The notes: a model not told the origin generated them from the letters alone. 63,065 nt of DNA from Candidatus Pacebacteria bacterium CG_4_9_14_0_2_um_filter_40_15 (GCA_002788675.1 PFRS01000002.1:1-63065); one strand, 5' to 3'; counted from the stretch's first letter, positions 44,507 to 54,861 are shown. Translations and numbers: made by a program.

Positions 44507-46783
44507 TTAAGTATCAAGGGTGACTTCTCCTGTTTTTGCTACCGAACCTGAAAGTGGGAGTGTAAAGAAGAAGGAGGTGCCTTGATTTTCTATGCTCTCG
44601 AACCATATTTTCCCTTGTGACGATTCTATGATGGCTTTTACCAAATAGAGACCAAGCCCATTGCCTTCAGTTTCTTTGCTGATTACATTTTTTGCTCTGA
44701 AGAACTTATCAAAGATTTTATCTTGATCTTGTTGCGGTATGCCCAAACCTTCATCGGCAACTTGTACTACTATGTCCGTTTTGTTTTGAGAAAGCAAGAC
44801 AATAATCTCGGAACCATTAGGAGAGTACTTAATAGCATTAGTCAGTAAGTTCATGAATGCATTTCTGATAAGTTTATCATCTATTGAAATAGTTGGTAGC
44901 TCATTGTGTGAACTGATAATGAGCTTTTGTTCTTTTTCGGTTAGCTTTGGTTGCAGTTCTGAGACAACTCCATCAAGTAGTTCTCTGATATTAGTTGGTT
45001 TTGGATCGATAATAATCCTACCTGACTCAATTCGAGAAATGTTGAGAAGTGAATTAACCAGATCAATCATTCGTTCGTTTGAAGTGTCAATGTTGGTAAT
45101 GATTTCTTTTTGTTCACTCGTCAGTTCTCCGGTGTCTCCTCCAAGCAACATTTCAAGGAACCACTTGATTGCAGACAGAGGCGTACGTAATTGGTGTGAA
45201 GCTAATGAAATAAACTCAGTCTTCATTCGATCAACATTTTTGGCTTTGGTAATATCTCTCTCTAGTGCAACAAATAACACCACGTCATTATTTTCATTTA
45301 AGATTGGGGTGATGCTCACATCTGCGTAGTATAGGTCTCCAGACTTATGTCGATTTTTTAGTTCTCCCTGAAAGGTTTGTTTTTCTACCTTGATAGTAGC
45401 CCACATTTTTTGATAGAAGCCTTTATCCATCTGCCCACCCCAAAGATGAGGGGCACCTGCTTTTTGTCCTATGATTTCATTTTTTGTATAACCAGTTATT
45501 ACTTCGGCAGCATGATTTGCGTAGAGAATAATTCCATTGGTGTCGGTAATTACAATTTGATCTGAAGTGTTTTCAACGGCGAGTTGATATTTCTTGAGAT
45601 CTATGGTTCTCTCTTTAATTTCTGCCTCAATGTTTTTACGAGTTTCGTAGAGGGCTTTAGCCATTCTGTTGAATGATTCTGCTAACTCATCAAACTCGGA
45701 GTTAGTATGAAGCGTGATTGTTTGGTGCAGGTTTCCCTTGGAAATTTCATGAGCGAATTTTCGAAGAGATGAGATGGGTTTAAATATTTGAGATAAAATT
45801 AAGGGTAATAGAATAACAGTTAAAAGAATTGCGGCAATGACTCCGCTGGTAATAATAAGTGCTTGCTGGGAATTTAGCATAGATAGCTCTGATCCATGTC
45901 GTTGAATCACGACAAAAAAATTAAAGTCATCTACCTGGTGAATACTAAAATAGTCTTTGCGATTTATTTGAGAATCAATTTCAATTATGGAAGAAAAATC
46001 AGTTTCTATTATTGCTTGTTTAATTTCTGGGTATCCAAGTGATACAAAAGAAACATTAGGAAATGAACGATCTTGAATGATTTCATTTTGATCCTGAGAT
46101 GTGAGAATGCCAAAAGTTTTATAGATCGACTTTGGAGCACTTGAAAAGATAACAACACCCTGATGGTTGACTAAATAAAAGGTGACATTATCAATGTTGC
46201 GATTTTTGAAGTAGCGAAAAATTATACTGGGTGTTTCTTTGATTACGGCTACACCAATAATTTGTAGTTGAGAATTTCTTACCGGTACTGAAGTGTAAAA
46301 TCCAGCTTCTCTTGAGGTGGTACCAATTGCGACTGAAGTGGTTATTCTCCCACTTAGTGCTTGGAGAAAATAACTTCTAAAACCATAATTATTGCCTTCA
46401 AAGGTTGTATCTGTTGATGCAAGAGTCAGTCCTTCAAGGTTCATAATGTAAATACTGCTGTAAGTATCTCGAACACTATATCTTTCCAGTATTTGTTTAG
46501 ATTTTATGTGTTGATAGTGAGAATCAATTTCTGCTGAGCCTGATGCATTAAGCAATGATATGACTTCTGGATCGACTGCGACGTGTTCAACTACAGACTT
46601 TGTTTGATCTAGATGATTGCTAATTGTTTCAGCGCGTTCTTCACTGATGACGGTAGTGAGTGTGTCAATAAAGTTTCTTTGTGTATGTTGGGTAGCAAAG
46701 TACACTGCCAAAACCGTTCCAGATCCTACCATAAAAATCAGCAGCGCCACCCAGGAAGTGATTTTTGTTTTTAGTGTCATCAT
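44507..46783 (-). CDS. sensor histidine kinase (extracytoplasmic Cache-like domain, HAMP, PAS, HisKA, HATPase_c)
   Basis: H-box SLASHQLRTPL, N-box LLTNAIKYSP, G-boxes DEGLGIP and GNGLGLYLV, PAS ITDTNGIILYANHAAEVITGY. Confidence 0.9.
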   Translation of the reverse strand: MMTLKTKITSWVALLIFMVGSGTVLAVYFATQHTQRNFIDTLTTVISEERAETISNHLDQTKSVVEHVAVDPEVISLLNASGSAEIDSHYQHIKSKQILERYSVRDTYSSIYIMNLEGLTLASTDTTFEGNNYGFRSYFLQALSGRITTSVAIGTTSREAGFYTSVPVRNSQLQIIGVAVIKETPSIIFRYFKNRNIDNVTFYLVNHQGVVIFSSAPKSIYKTFGILTSQDQNEIIQDRSFPNVSFVSLGYPEIKQAIIETDFSSIIEIDSQINRKDYFSIHQVDDFNFFVVIQRHGSELSMLNSQQALIITSGVIAAILLTVILLPLILSQIFKPISSLRKFAHEISKGNLHQTITLHTNSEFDELAESFNRMAKALYETRKNIEAEIKERTIDLKKYQLAVENTSDQIVITDTNGIILYANHAAEVITGYTKNEIIGQKAGAPHLWGGQMDKGFYQKMWATIKVEKQTFQGELKNRHKSGDLYYADVSITPILNENNDVVLFVALERDITKAKNVDRMKTEFISLASHQLRTPLSAIKWFLEMLLGGDTGELTSEQKEIITNIDTSNERMIDLVNSLLNISRIESGRIIIDPKPTNIRELLDGVVSELQPKLTEKEQKLIISSHNELPTISIDDKLIRNAFMNLLTNAIKYSPNGSEIIVLLSQNKTDIVVQVADEGLGIPQQDQDKIFDKFFRAKNVISKETEGNGLGLYLVKAIIESSQGKIWFESIENQGTSFFFTLPLSGSVAKTGEVTLDT

Positions 46784-48439
46784 CTATAATCCACTGATAT
46801 TAATTCTTATTGAGATGTGCGTTTTAGTTTGTGAGACGAGAATCTCACCACCATATGTTGAAAGTGTGTGATGAGCGAACTCTAGTTCTTGGGGAACTGG
46901 TGCAGTCTCTTGCTGTTCCTGATTAGAATTGTTTAGCGGTTTTATGATGCCTGAAATCAGCATATCAATTCCTTTTTCTGTTTGATTAATAGATACGCTG
47001 ACATCATGTGCGTCTGTAAAGACATAGATATAGGAAATAATGTGCACAAATGATGCTTCAATTTGATCGTTGGAAGCAATCAGGGCATCTCCTTTGATAG
47101 TAAAGTGTGGTGAATAACTGGCAAGTATATCTCTTAGAAAGCTTCTCAGACTTAGTTCGTGTGATGCATCAGAATCTAATACTCCCTGTTTTAAAGTGAT
47201 GTTTATGGTGTGGTTAATCAATTGGAGTCCATAGTTTGTTTCTTCCTGAATCTTTTTTGTCCAAGTATTAACTAGGCCGTTTTCATGTAGTTGCTGAACT
47301 ATCTTTTTCGTATCATTTAGTACCCGATTAAGACTTGTAAAGAGGACAGAAAGGTGTTGCTGATGTAACTCCTGTGAGTGATCACTCATTCTTTTAAGCA
47401 TTAGATTATCTGAATACACTCTGATGAAACTGAGAAAGAGAAAACTTAAACCGATAGATAAGAAGATGAGAATTAAAATGATTAGGGTCTTTATATAAGA
47501 AATGTAATTGGTATATGTTTCATCTGAAACATATGAAATTAGGAAAAGCTCCTCTGCATTTTTTGTGCCAGCGATTTGTGTGTTGTACAGTGGTAGTGAA
47601 GCATACACGCCGTTGTTGTCTGAAAAGGATGCATATGTCTGACTCTGGGAGATATTTGACCACAGCTCAGGGAGAGTTGAGGCGATAGATTTTTTTGTCA
47701 AATCACCTTCAAACATGAAGACCCATTCGGCAGAATGATCTTTGAATTTGAGCCAATAGCCTTGATCATTAGCAAGGTACATCTGCGTAGTATTCCCCTC
47801 TGTTTGGGAAATGGTTGTGAGCAAAGAATTGCCATCAATATTAACTATGAGGATACCAACCAATTGTTCATCGATAAAAATAGGTGATGAGTACCTAACA
47901 GTTGGTCTTTGGGGGAGTTCCACGTAGCTGTGTTCAATATTTAGGTCAAATCGTGAAATATAAACTTGATTTTTTTGAAGTGAGATTGTGTCAGTAAAAT
48001 AGTAACGATTTTTTTTATTTTGGAGCTGCTCATCTGGGACTATGTGAAAATTTCCTTCTTTTGAGTCTACTCGAATAAGTTCTTCACCTTGTAAATCTAT
48101 GATACGGATGGATTCAAAATGGTGAATTTGTTCTGTGATTGAACCAAAATAATCTTGGATATCTTTCTTGTTTTCTGGATTTTGTTGAGTGAAAAATTTT
48201 TTAACTGTTTGATTTTCTAGAAAAAGAGTGGTGTGTTTGATGTCTGACTTAATTTGAGAACGCACTAAATCTCTTACTAGGTAGAGGTGTCTTTTTTGGT
48301 CCTCTTTAACAACAGATTCGAGACTATTTTGCTGATAGAAGAGTACCGCGACAATCAGTGTAATAATGGCAAAAATGAACCCCAAGTAAAGTAACTGAAA
48401 ACTAAGTATGGATCGGTTTTTGGGTTGTTGTTTTGGCAT
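46784..48439 (-). CDS. two-TM sensor-like protein with a degenerate kinase-like C-terminus
   Basis: Two TM helices flank a ~290-aa extracytoplasmic domain. The C-terminal ~200 aa lacks clear N/G boxes. Its stop abuts the histidine kinase start codon. Confidence 0.5.
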   Translation of the reverse strand: MPKQQPKNRSILSFQLLYLGFIFAIITLIVAVLFYQQNSLESVVKEDQKRHLYLVRDLVRSQIKSDIKHTTLFLENQTVKKFFTQQNPENKKDIQDYFGSITEQIHHFESIRIIDLQGEELIRVDSKEGNFHIVPDEQLQNKKNRYYFTDTISLQKNQVYISRFDLNIEHSYVELPQRPTVRYSSPIFIDEQLVGILIVNIDGNSLLTTISQTEGNTTQMYLANDQGYWLKFKDHSAEWVFMFEGDLTKKSIASTLPELWSNISQSQTYASFSDNNGVYASLPLYNTQIAGTKNAEELFLISYVSDETYTNYISYIKTLIILILIFLSIGLSFLFLSFIRVYSDNLMLKRMSDHSQELHQQHLSVLFTSLNRVLNDTKKIVQQLHENGLVNTWTKKIQEETNYGLQLINHTINITLKQGVLDSDASHELSLRSFLRDILASYSPHFTIKGDALIASNDQIEASFVHIISYIYVFTDAHDVSVSINQTEKGIDMLISGIIKPLNNSNQEQQETAPVPQELEFAHHTLSTYGGEILVSQTKTHISIRINISGL

Positions 48440-48841
48440 GGGCAGTTCACCTATGAGTATATATTGATTTGCAGCTCTATATCAATGGTGAAAGGCTTTG
48501 AGTCATGGTTTAGATGAAGTCTAAACAAATGACATTAGCGCCAATATATATACTTACACTCAATTTTTAAAGTTCTTTGGATTTGTTGCCTGACAGTCTT
48601 CAGCTTTCAACAATTCTAAAATAAGATTTGTGGAGGATTTTTTTGGCAAAGGGATTTTTTAGAGATGAATCTGATTGGAGTTGCTCGTGAGTCGACTGGA
48701 ACTTACATCTAGCCTTCAGCTTAGTTCGGGCTGTTAGAAGTTTTGGAAGAAGTTATTTTTATCAAAGGGACGAACTGACCGCTCAATTTAAACATTTATT
48801 TTACACACATAAAAAATAGCTGGTTGCTAGTTTTTTTTGTG

Positions 48842-48915
48842 TGGGTCAAGTGGGACTCGAACCCACGACACCCTGCTTAAGAGGCAGGTGCTCTAACCGA
48901 CTGAGCTATTGACCC
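48842..48915 (-). tRNA. tRNA-Lys (anticodon CTT)
   Basis: Manual fold: acceptor GGGTCAA/TTGACCC, anticodon stem CCTGC/GCAGG, loop CTCTTAA, T-arm GTGGG-TTCGAGT-CCCAC. Confidence 0.9.
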
Positions 48916-48985
48916 ATTACTGTAATGAACAGACAACTATTATATCAAATTTCGCCTGAAATGGCTATAACTTTTTCTTTACCTG

Positions 48986-49726
48986 TTATCTGCAGCTTCT
49001 CGAACTCTTGGCCCCATCACAACAGTATGGTTTTGGATCCATTTTTCTGTATTTTTGCCAAAATTCTTCGTACCAATACGTTGTGTGTACTGCGTACCTT
49101 CCTAACTCATCTGAGTAACAACCACAAGGAACATTCTCAAGTATATTGCCGTTTGGGCATATAGGAGCAACTTCTTCCCAGCAGGATTTTTGGAGATCTT
49201 TGAGTCTTGCAGATCGCGAAGCAGCGTCTTCGCCCTTTAGAGACAACCGCTCAACATCGGAAGTTGTAACACTTTCTACTTGAATGTAGTCACACACCTT
49301 GATCTTACATTTTGCATTTTCGGGGGTAAGATCACAGATAGCAAACGGTTTTTCGAAAGCTACATCTGCAAGCTGTTCTTGCTGTGCTGAAGAAACTGCG
49401 GCAAAGGCATAACACTCACTTGGTGCAGATAACAAAATACACTTAGTGACGTTAGAAGTAAAAGGTACATTTTGTTGCGCCAAAATGAGTTGTAACATTG
49501 CAATTGGTGAAAAAAGTAAAAATGAGAAAATGATGCCGAATGTTATTACTGGATGGTATTTACGACGTTTCTTTTTAAGAAATGGAACAGCAATTACTGC
49601 TAGCAGTGCAGTGACTAAGCAAAGTAGCACAAAAATAATTATAGTAGCAGAATAGTGAGTAAACAAAATTCTAGGGAGTGACAAACACACCCAAGGTTGT
49701 TCTTGGCAGATGGAATACTCTAGCAT
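48986..49726 (-). CDS. hypothetical two-TM protein with a Cys-rich C-terminal domain
   Basis: Two TM helices, then about 13 Cys in ~150 aa (…CPNGNILENVPCGCY…PYCCDG…). The ATG at 49726 is the likely start. Confidence 0.45.
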   Translation of the reverse strand: MLEYSICQEQPWVCLSLPRILFTHYSATIIIFVLLCLVTALLAVIAVPFLKKKRRKYHPVITFGIIFSFLLFSPIAMLQLILAQQNVPFTSNVTKCILLSAPSECYAFAAVSSAQQEQLADVAFEKPFAICDLTPENAKCKIKVCDYIQVESVTTSDVERLSLKGEDAASRSARLKDLQKSCWEEVAPICPNGNILENVPCGCYSDELGRYAVHTTYWYEEFWQKYRKMDPKPYCCDGAKSSRSCR

Positions 49727-49815
49727 TGTTTCAGTATAGAATAACTCGCGATAAAATACTATTTCCATGTGGACTGTGGCTTTTGCATCTCAGACCTGGG
49801 TGTTAGTATGCATAT

Positions 49816-50964
49816 ATGGAAAAGCTTGCCGAACTTCTCGTTATTTTGAAAGCTAAGAAGAATATTCTTGTTCTGTGTGGCATTGGAGCACTGGTTGTAG
49901 CGTTTTTTACCTTTTCATTTATGCAGTTTAGATCTGTTTTTGTTGCTGATAGTAATAAAACAGTGACTCGTGATGAGCCAAGTGATGAAGTTGCATCCCC
50001 TACTCCGCCGCCAGATCCACTTAGACCATATAGCGTTTTATTGCTTGGCTATGGTGGAGGTGCTCATGCAGGGGGAAGTTTAACTGATACCATGTTGCTA
50101 GCATACATAGTTCCTCGAGAGCAAAAAGCGACACTTTTTTCAATTCCACGAGATCTTTGGGTTGAGGTACCAGTGAGCCCAGAAAAGAAAGAATGGACAA
50201 AAATTAACGCTGCTTTCGCAATTGGAAATGATGATAGACAGTATCCCAATAAAGCTACGGAGTTTTCTGGAACAGCGGGTGGTGGCCATTTAGCAAAGTA
50301 TGTTGTCTCAGATATTCTTGGAATAGATGTAGATTATTTTGCCGTGATTAATTTTGCAGGCTTTGTATCAGCTTTTGATTCTCTCGGCGACATTAAGGTG
50401 AATGTCCCAGTTACTTTTGATGACGAATTCTATCCAATTGAAGGCAAAGAAACAGAAACTTGTGACAAATCAGAAGAAGACATAGCAGCACTTACAGCAA
50501 CCATGAGTGGTTATACACTTGAACAGCAATTTACTTGCCGGTATGAAGCACTGCATTTTGATGCGGGTCCACAAATTATGGACGCTGAGACAGCTTTAAA
50601 GTTTGTGCGTTCTCGCCATTCAGCTCAACATGGTGGCGACTTTGGTCGTTCTGAGCGACAACAAGCGTTGATTACTGCGGTTATGAATAAAGTTCTAACG
50701 CCAACAGGATTGCTCAAGCTAGTACCTACTGCTCTACAGCTAACAAAGTATGTGCAAACCGATATTACACCAGATAAAATTCGGGAAATTGTTACCACGC
50801 ATGAAGGATTAAGTGAGTACACACTCACAACTGTTCGACTCACAGATAAAAACGCTCTTAAGCAGACGTATAGTGCGGATAGACAGTATATTCTTGTGCC
50901 TACATCAGGTCAGGGAGATTGGACGAGTGTGCGTGAGCTTTTTAAATCTGAAGTTATTCAGTAG
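49816..50964 (+). CDS. LytR-CpsA-Psr (LCP) family cell-envelope phosphotransferase
   Basis: N-terminal TM helix. LLLGYGGGAHAGGSLTDTMLLAYIVP and FVRSRH motifs. Confidence 0.8.
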   Translation: MEKLAELLVILKAKKNILVLCGIGALVVAFFTFSFMQFRSVFVADSNKTVTRDEPSDEVASPTPPPDPLRPYSVLLLGYGGGAHAGGSLTDTMLLAYIVPREQKATLFSIPRDLWVEVPVSPEKKEWTKINAAFAIGNDDRQYPNKATEFSGTAGGGHLAKYVVSDILGIDVDYFAVINFAGFVSAFDSLGDIKVNVPVTFDDEFYPIEGKETETCDKSEEDIAALTATMSGYTLEQQFTCRYEALHFDAGPQIMDAETALKFVRSRHSAQHGGDFGRSERQQALITAVMNKVLTPTGLLKLVPTALQLTKYVQTDITPDKIREIVTTHEGLSEYTLTTVRLTDKNALKQTYSADRQYILVPTSGQGDWTSVRELFKSEVIQ

Positions 50965-51235
50965 CTTTTTTGATCAGTCTTTTTTCTCCAGATTCGGTGA
51001 GCCAAGCATCACTGAGCACTACACCACCTTCAACAGCTCTTAAAAAACCTAGTTTGGCTAATTTTTGAGCCATATCATGCTGGGAAGCTTCGCTTATTGA
51101 AAACGGGTTATTACCAGAACTGATGCAGTCTTGTGTTATCTGGGCTAGAAACACTCCTTCAGTTTCTAAGTCAAGCTGAGCAAATTCATCCGCTAAGGTA
51201 TCAGCTGGGTTTATTCCAATTTTACTTTCTGACAT
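50954..51235 (-). CDS. hypothetical protein (93 aa)
   Basis: Clean ORF. No family recognised. Confidence 0.4.
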   Translation of the reverse strand: MSESKIGINPADTLADEFAQLDLETEGVFLAQITQDCISSGNNPFSISEASQHDMAQKLAKLGFLRAVEGGVVLSDAWLTESGEKRLIKKATE

Positions 51236-51261
51236 ATTTTCCTTCCAGTTTATAGCTGAGG

Positions 51262-51732
51262 CTATTTATATTCTGTTATTTCACCAAATTTGTAGTAATT
51301 ATTTTTATCTTGGTATATTGCTCTACCAACTGAATGAAACGTTTTTGGATCAGCACCCTGAATTTCTTTGGTACGAGCATCATCTAAATAATATACCGAC
51401 TTTTTATCTTTAGCATACCAGTAATCAATAAATTCAAAACTATCAGTATCCGATCCTTCTATGATATATGCCTTGTAAATTACTTGATTTGAATTAGTAG
51501 CTAGACAGTAGGCAGGGCAATTATTGTTAACTACTCGAAAGTCTTTACCTTTTACGTTTTTTAGTTTTGTATAAAATTTTGCACCTTCAAAATCTGACTG
51601 GTAATAGACCGTATCAAATAAGCCCTTGTAATAATTTCCATCTATATGTTGTAAAGTCACTCTATAAAACAGAAGAATAGCTCCCATCGCGAGAAGTGTG
51701 AAGAGACCAAAAATAGATTTAATAAATAACAT
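51262..51732 (-). CDS. DKNYY-family protein with an N-terminal TM anchor
   Basis: Repeats ending in KSVYYLDD ... GADPKTFHSVG ... QDKNNYYKFGE. Confidence 0.6.
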   Translation of the reverse strand: MLFIKSIFGLFTLLAMGAILLFYRVTLQHIDGNYYKGLFDTVYYQSDFEGAKFYTKLKNVKGKDFRVVNNNCPAYCLATNSNQVIYKAYIIEGSDTDSFEFIDYWYAKDKKSVYYLDDARTKEIQGADPKTFHSVGRAIYQDKNNYYKFGEITEYK

Positions 51733-51839
51733 GTGCTTATCGTATCAGAGCAGGTATTTTGAAAATAGTATAAAAATGTACATTTCTGATTTTCGAGTCC
51801 TCTACTGATATACTACCTTAATAATAGAGTTAGACAATT

Positions 51840-53126
51840 ATGATTAAAGAACTAGAACAGAAACCTCCTCAAGCAGAAACTGATTTTTCGGTTGAAAAAC
51901 AACAAAACATTGAGGAAGCAAGACTCCACGTGTTAATTGAGCAGTACAAGGATAGATTAGGCGATTTTGAACTTGTGAGAGTTAACAACAATGTTGGGTA
52001 TGTTTTGCAGTCAAAAAATCATCTTCCAATGGCAGGTAACGATTGGCTGTTCTTCGACTATGATGATACCTTAGTTGGAACAACTGAGGTTAAAGAACTC
52101 AGGCTAGCTCAATATTTAGAGTATGTATCGGAACAGAATCTTTCTCTTTCAGAACAGCAAGCAACTCGAATTATGGATGAAACTGATAGGTTTTCCAGAT
52201 GGGAAGAAAATCCTGGTGAAGGTGACCTGTATCATGCTAATGCGCATATGACCGTGTTAAGTTGGGCAACTCAACAATTTAAAGTTAATCCAGATACAAT
52301 TTCTCAAACCATTGAAACAATTATTTCTACACTTGAAAGAATCAAGCTTCAGATATTAAATACTGACTCAGCCAAGAGTTCAGATCCATTTTCACTGAAG
52401 AACAAGAAGCTAGTACTTAAAGAAAGCAAACGGCCTTGGTCTGAAAGTATTGAAAAAATTTTCATGAGTACAATTATGAATCCCCCACATTTTAATGAGA
52501 CAATTCAAGCAGGCGTAGTTGCCGGCAGTCCCATGGATTCAATCCATAGAACAAATGTAGGTATTTTTACCTACGGTGATCCTTATTTTCAACTTCTCAA
52601 GACTTTTGAGTTACTTATGCAACATCCTGATTTACCGATCTCTCAAATATGGTTAACAAGAACGCCTAAAGGTGAGTTTATTACTGCGGTATCTCAAACT
52701 GCTGAACTGAGTACTCTTGATCAAGAGTACGTTCCGCCAGAATTATGTGAGTATGATGGTGACGGGGCATCTGCTGGTTCGGGACACGTTTTAAGCAATT
52801 ATCCTCATACAATTGTAATGATTGATGATGATCCCAAACAGTTAACTTCAATTTTTAATACAAACGAATTTCTTGCGCAAAATACCGGAGCGCAGTTTGT
52901 TGTGATTAGAACCATTAGACCAAAAACAAAAGCAGAAAAACGAGAGTGGCAAATTGAAACAAAGAACGGTATTTTGGATTTTTCGAGTAATTCATTTCAA
53001 GAAAGTGATGTCTCAAAAATCATTTTACTTAATCGATATATTGTGACTAAAACTAATCTCGGTGAAACGCATCAAAATACTCTGAGGCTGCAGGAGCAAC
53101 TTGAAAGACTTGGGATTACATTATAA
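51840..53126 (+). CDS. HAD-superfamily-like hydrolase with a large insert (hypothetical)
   Basis: Motif I LFFDYDDTLV (DxDxT) and motif IV-like IVMIDDDP. Confidence 0.4.
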   Translation: MIKELEQKPPQAETDFSVEKQQNIEEARLHVLIEQYKDRLGDFELVRVNNNVGYVLQSKNHLPMAGNDWLFFDYDDTLVGTTEVKELRLAQYLEYVSEQNLSLSEQQATRIMDETDRFSRWEENPGEGDLYHANAHMTVLSWATQQFKVNPDTISQTIETIISTLERIKLQILNTDSAKSSDPFSLKNKKLVLKESKRPWSESIEKIFMSTIMNPPHFNETIQAGVVAGSPMDSIHRTNVGIFTYGDPYFQLLKTFELLMQHPDLPISQIWLTRTPKGEFITAVSQTAELSTLDQEYVPPELCEYDGDGASAGSGHVLSNYPHTIVMIDDDPKQLTSIFNTNEFLAQNTGAQFVVIRTIRPKTKAEKREWQIETKNGILDFSSNSFQESDVSKIILLNRYIVTKTNLGETHQNTLRLQEQLERLGITL

Positions 53127-53702
53127 GGAGATTTGTTTTTCAAGAAATAATTCACTCATAGATTTAAATGATATTTGTTCTTGAGTTAATTCTAATAACT
53201 GTACAATTCGCTCGATTTCTTGTTTAGTTTTTTTCTGCTCTAGTCCACTTACTTCTAGCTCACCACTCCAACCAAAATCTGACACATGTTCTAAAATAAT
53301 TTCGAAGTTAAGATTGGGCAAATTCCATACTTGTCCATTTCTTTTTTCTAAAGTGATAGTTTTTATATATTCTAAGTCATCCAAGATAGAAAAGCAGGTT
53401 TTTAAATCCCCTTCAAAAAGTTTTATTTTGCCATCGGCATATACCGATTTTTTGAAAGCTATACAGTCAATAGTTTCAGTAGTATTTTTTGAAAAGTAAA
53501 TCGCGGTGGGTCTATTTGGTTTTAACCATTGCCTGACTCTAATATTTTTTGAAGTGTTCCATGTGGAATTTTTTGGTTCAAAATAATAGTCGTCAAAGTC
53601 ATACTCAAGTTTTTTTTCTCCGCCCAGCGCTTTTATTTTTGCAAGCAAAGAATCGAAATCGTAGTTAAGTAATCTTACTTCACACTCGTAGGCATTTTTC
53701 AT
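53121..53702 (-). CDS. CYTH-domain protein (CyaB/ThTPase-like)
   Basis: N-terminal ECEVRLL (ExExK-type), IRVRQ, and C-terminal FEIILEHVSDFGWSGELEV pattern. Confidence 0.5.
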   Translation of the reverse strand: MKNAYECEVRLLNYDFDSLLAKIKALGGEKKLEYDFDDYYFEPKNSTWNTSKNIRVRQWLKPNRPTAIYFSKNTTETIDCIAFKKSVYADGKIKLFEGDLKTCFSILDDLEYIKTITLEKRNGQVWNLPNLNFEIILEHVSDFGWSGELEVSGLEQKKTKQEIERIVQLLELTQEQISFKSMSELFLEKQISL

Positions 53703-53860
53703 ATGGGTAAAGTATAGCAGGCATTACACTATTTCTGTGATTTTCAATAGTATCCCAATAGTATCTTATATATGATATACTATGTGTAGTTATGTTATGT
53801 TTAGAGGCATTTAGCGCCTTTGAGCCTGACACTGATATTTAATTTTTTCAACATATTCAG

Positions 53861-54214
53861 ATGGAGGCATCAATGAATAAGAAATGGTCTTTTTTCCCAG
53901 ACCCAGCAGAAAGTGGTTCCCTTGAAGAGGGATCAGCATACGATATTTTTGTACCCTTGCTTATCAGCGGGGAAAAATTCGCTGAAGAGCCTGGTGGAGT
54001 GAGGTTTTTGCTCCGGGCAGTTTGGCATCTTGCTTTAGTTGTCGATCAAGAAGAAAAGGCGAAGAAGCTGTTGATTGCTATAGTTGCCCTGGTTGGTAAA
54101 GAAGAAGTAATCGATACTTTAGCGAGTGAATTGAGCAATGCACTCATTGTAGGTGCACCCGATAACATGATCGACTCGTTCCGCGATTTTGTTATGGATC
54201 AGGTGGAAAAATAA
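53861..54214 (+). CDS. hypothetical protein (113-117 aa)
   Basis: Clean ORF followed by a strong terminator. No family recognised. Confidence 0.45.
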   Translation: MEASMNKKWSFFPDPAESGSLEEGSAYDIFVPLLISGEKFAEEPGGVRFLLRAVWHLALVVDQEEKAKKLLIAIVALVGKEEVIDTLASELSNALIVGAPDNMIDSFRDFVMDQVEK

Positions 54215-54235
54215 GTTTTGTTGAAAGAGTTTGTA

Positions 54236-54265
54236 ATGTGCGTGGGTAACCACGCACATTTTTGT
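54236..54265 (+). terminator. rho-independent terminator
   Basis: ATGTGCGTGG-gtaa-CCACGCACAT-TTTTG. Confidence 0.85.
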
Positions 54266-54312
54266 TGTTTCCTATTAAAAAGTAACATGTCTATGTTACA
54301 ATTTGCCTCACA

Positions 54313-54861
54313 ATGAGACCAAGCCTTGCAGAAATAAATTTACTAGACTTAGATAAAGAGGGTGTGGGTAGATCAAATTTGGGAAAATCTGTGAAACAAG
54401 CTGTCTTCCCAACTTTAGAAAAAAATGCTGCTGGTGTACATCCGCCTGAGTCAGGAAGAACAGATATTCATCCTTCAGTGATTTCTGTGGCAGAAAAGAG
54501 ACACGGATCAGATATTGCAGGTTGGCCGGTTCAAGTTCTTACACCAGAAATGGTAAATGCACTTACCATTGTTATTGTATATTGTGATCCCAAATTAATT
54601 CCTGATTTTGTGCTTGAACAAGCTTTTGATGTCTTACTTGCGCCGATCCAAGATCCCTTTGGAAATCTTGAATCTAAGCTTGAAAATACTGCAACACAAA
54701 TAGCTTTTTTTAATTGGTTACTGTATGTAACACTCACAAGCAGATTTGATGAAATAGGTACTCACCGTGATGAAAATGGATACGTTATTCCTCGGTATCT
54801 GGTTCAGTTTGAACCAAAAAATATTGAACCTGAGTATTCATTTGATGGTTTTACTGCCTGA
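54313..54861 (+). CDS. hypothetical protein (182 aa)
   Basis: Clean ORF. No family recognised. Confidence 0.45.
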   Translation: MRPSLAEINLLDLDKEGVGRSNLGKSVKQAVFPTLEKNAAGVHPPESGRTDIHPSVISVAEKRHGSDIAGWPVQVLTPEMVNALTIVIVYCDPKLIPDFVLEQAFDVLLAPIQDPFGNLESKLENTATQIAFFNWLLYVTLTSRFDEIGTHRDENGYVIPRYLVQFEPKNIEPEYSFDGFTA

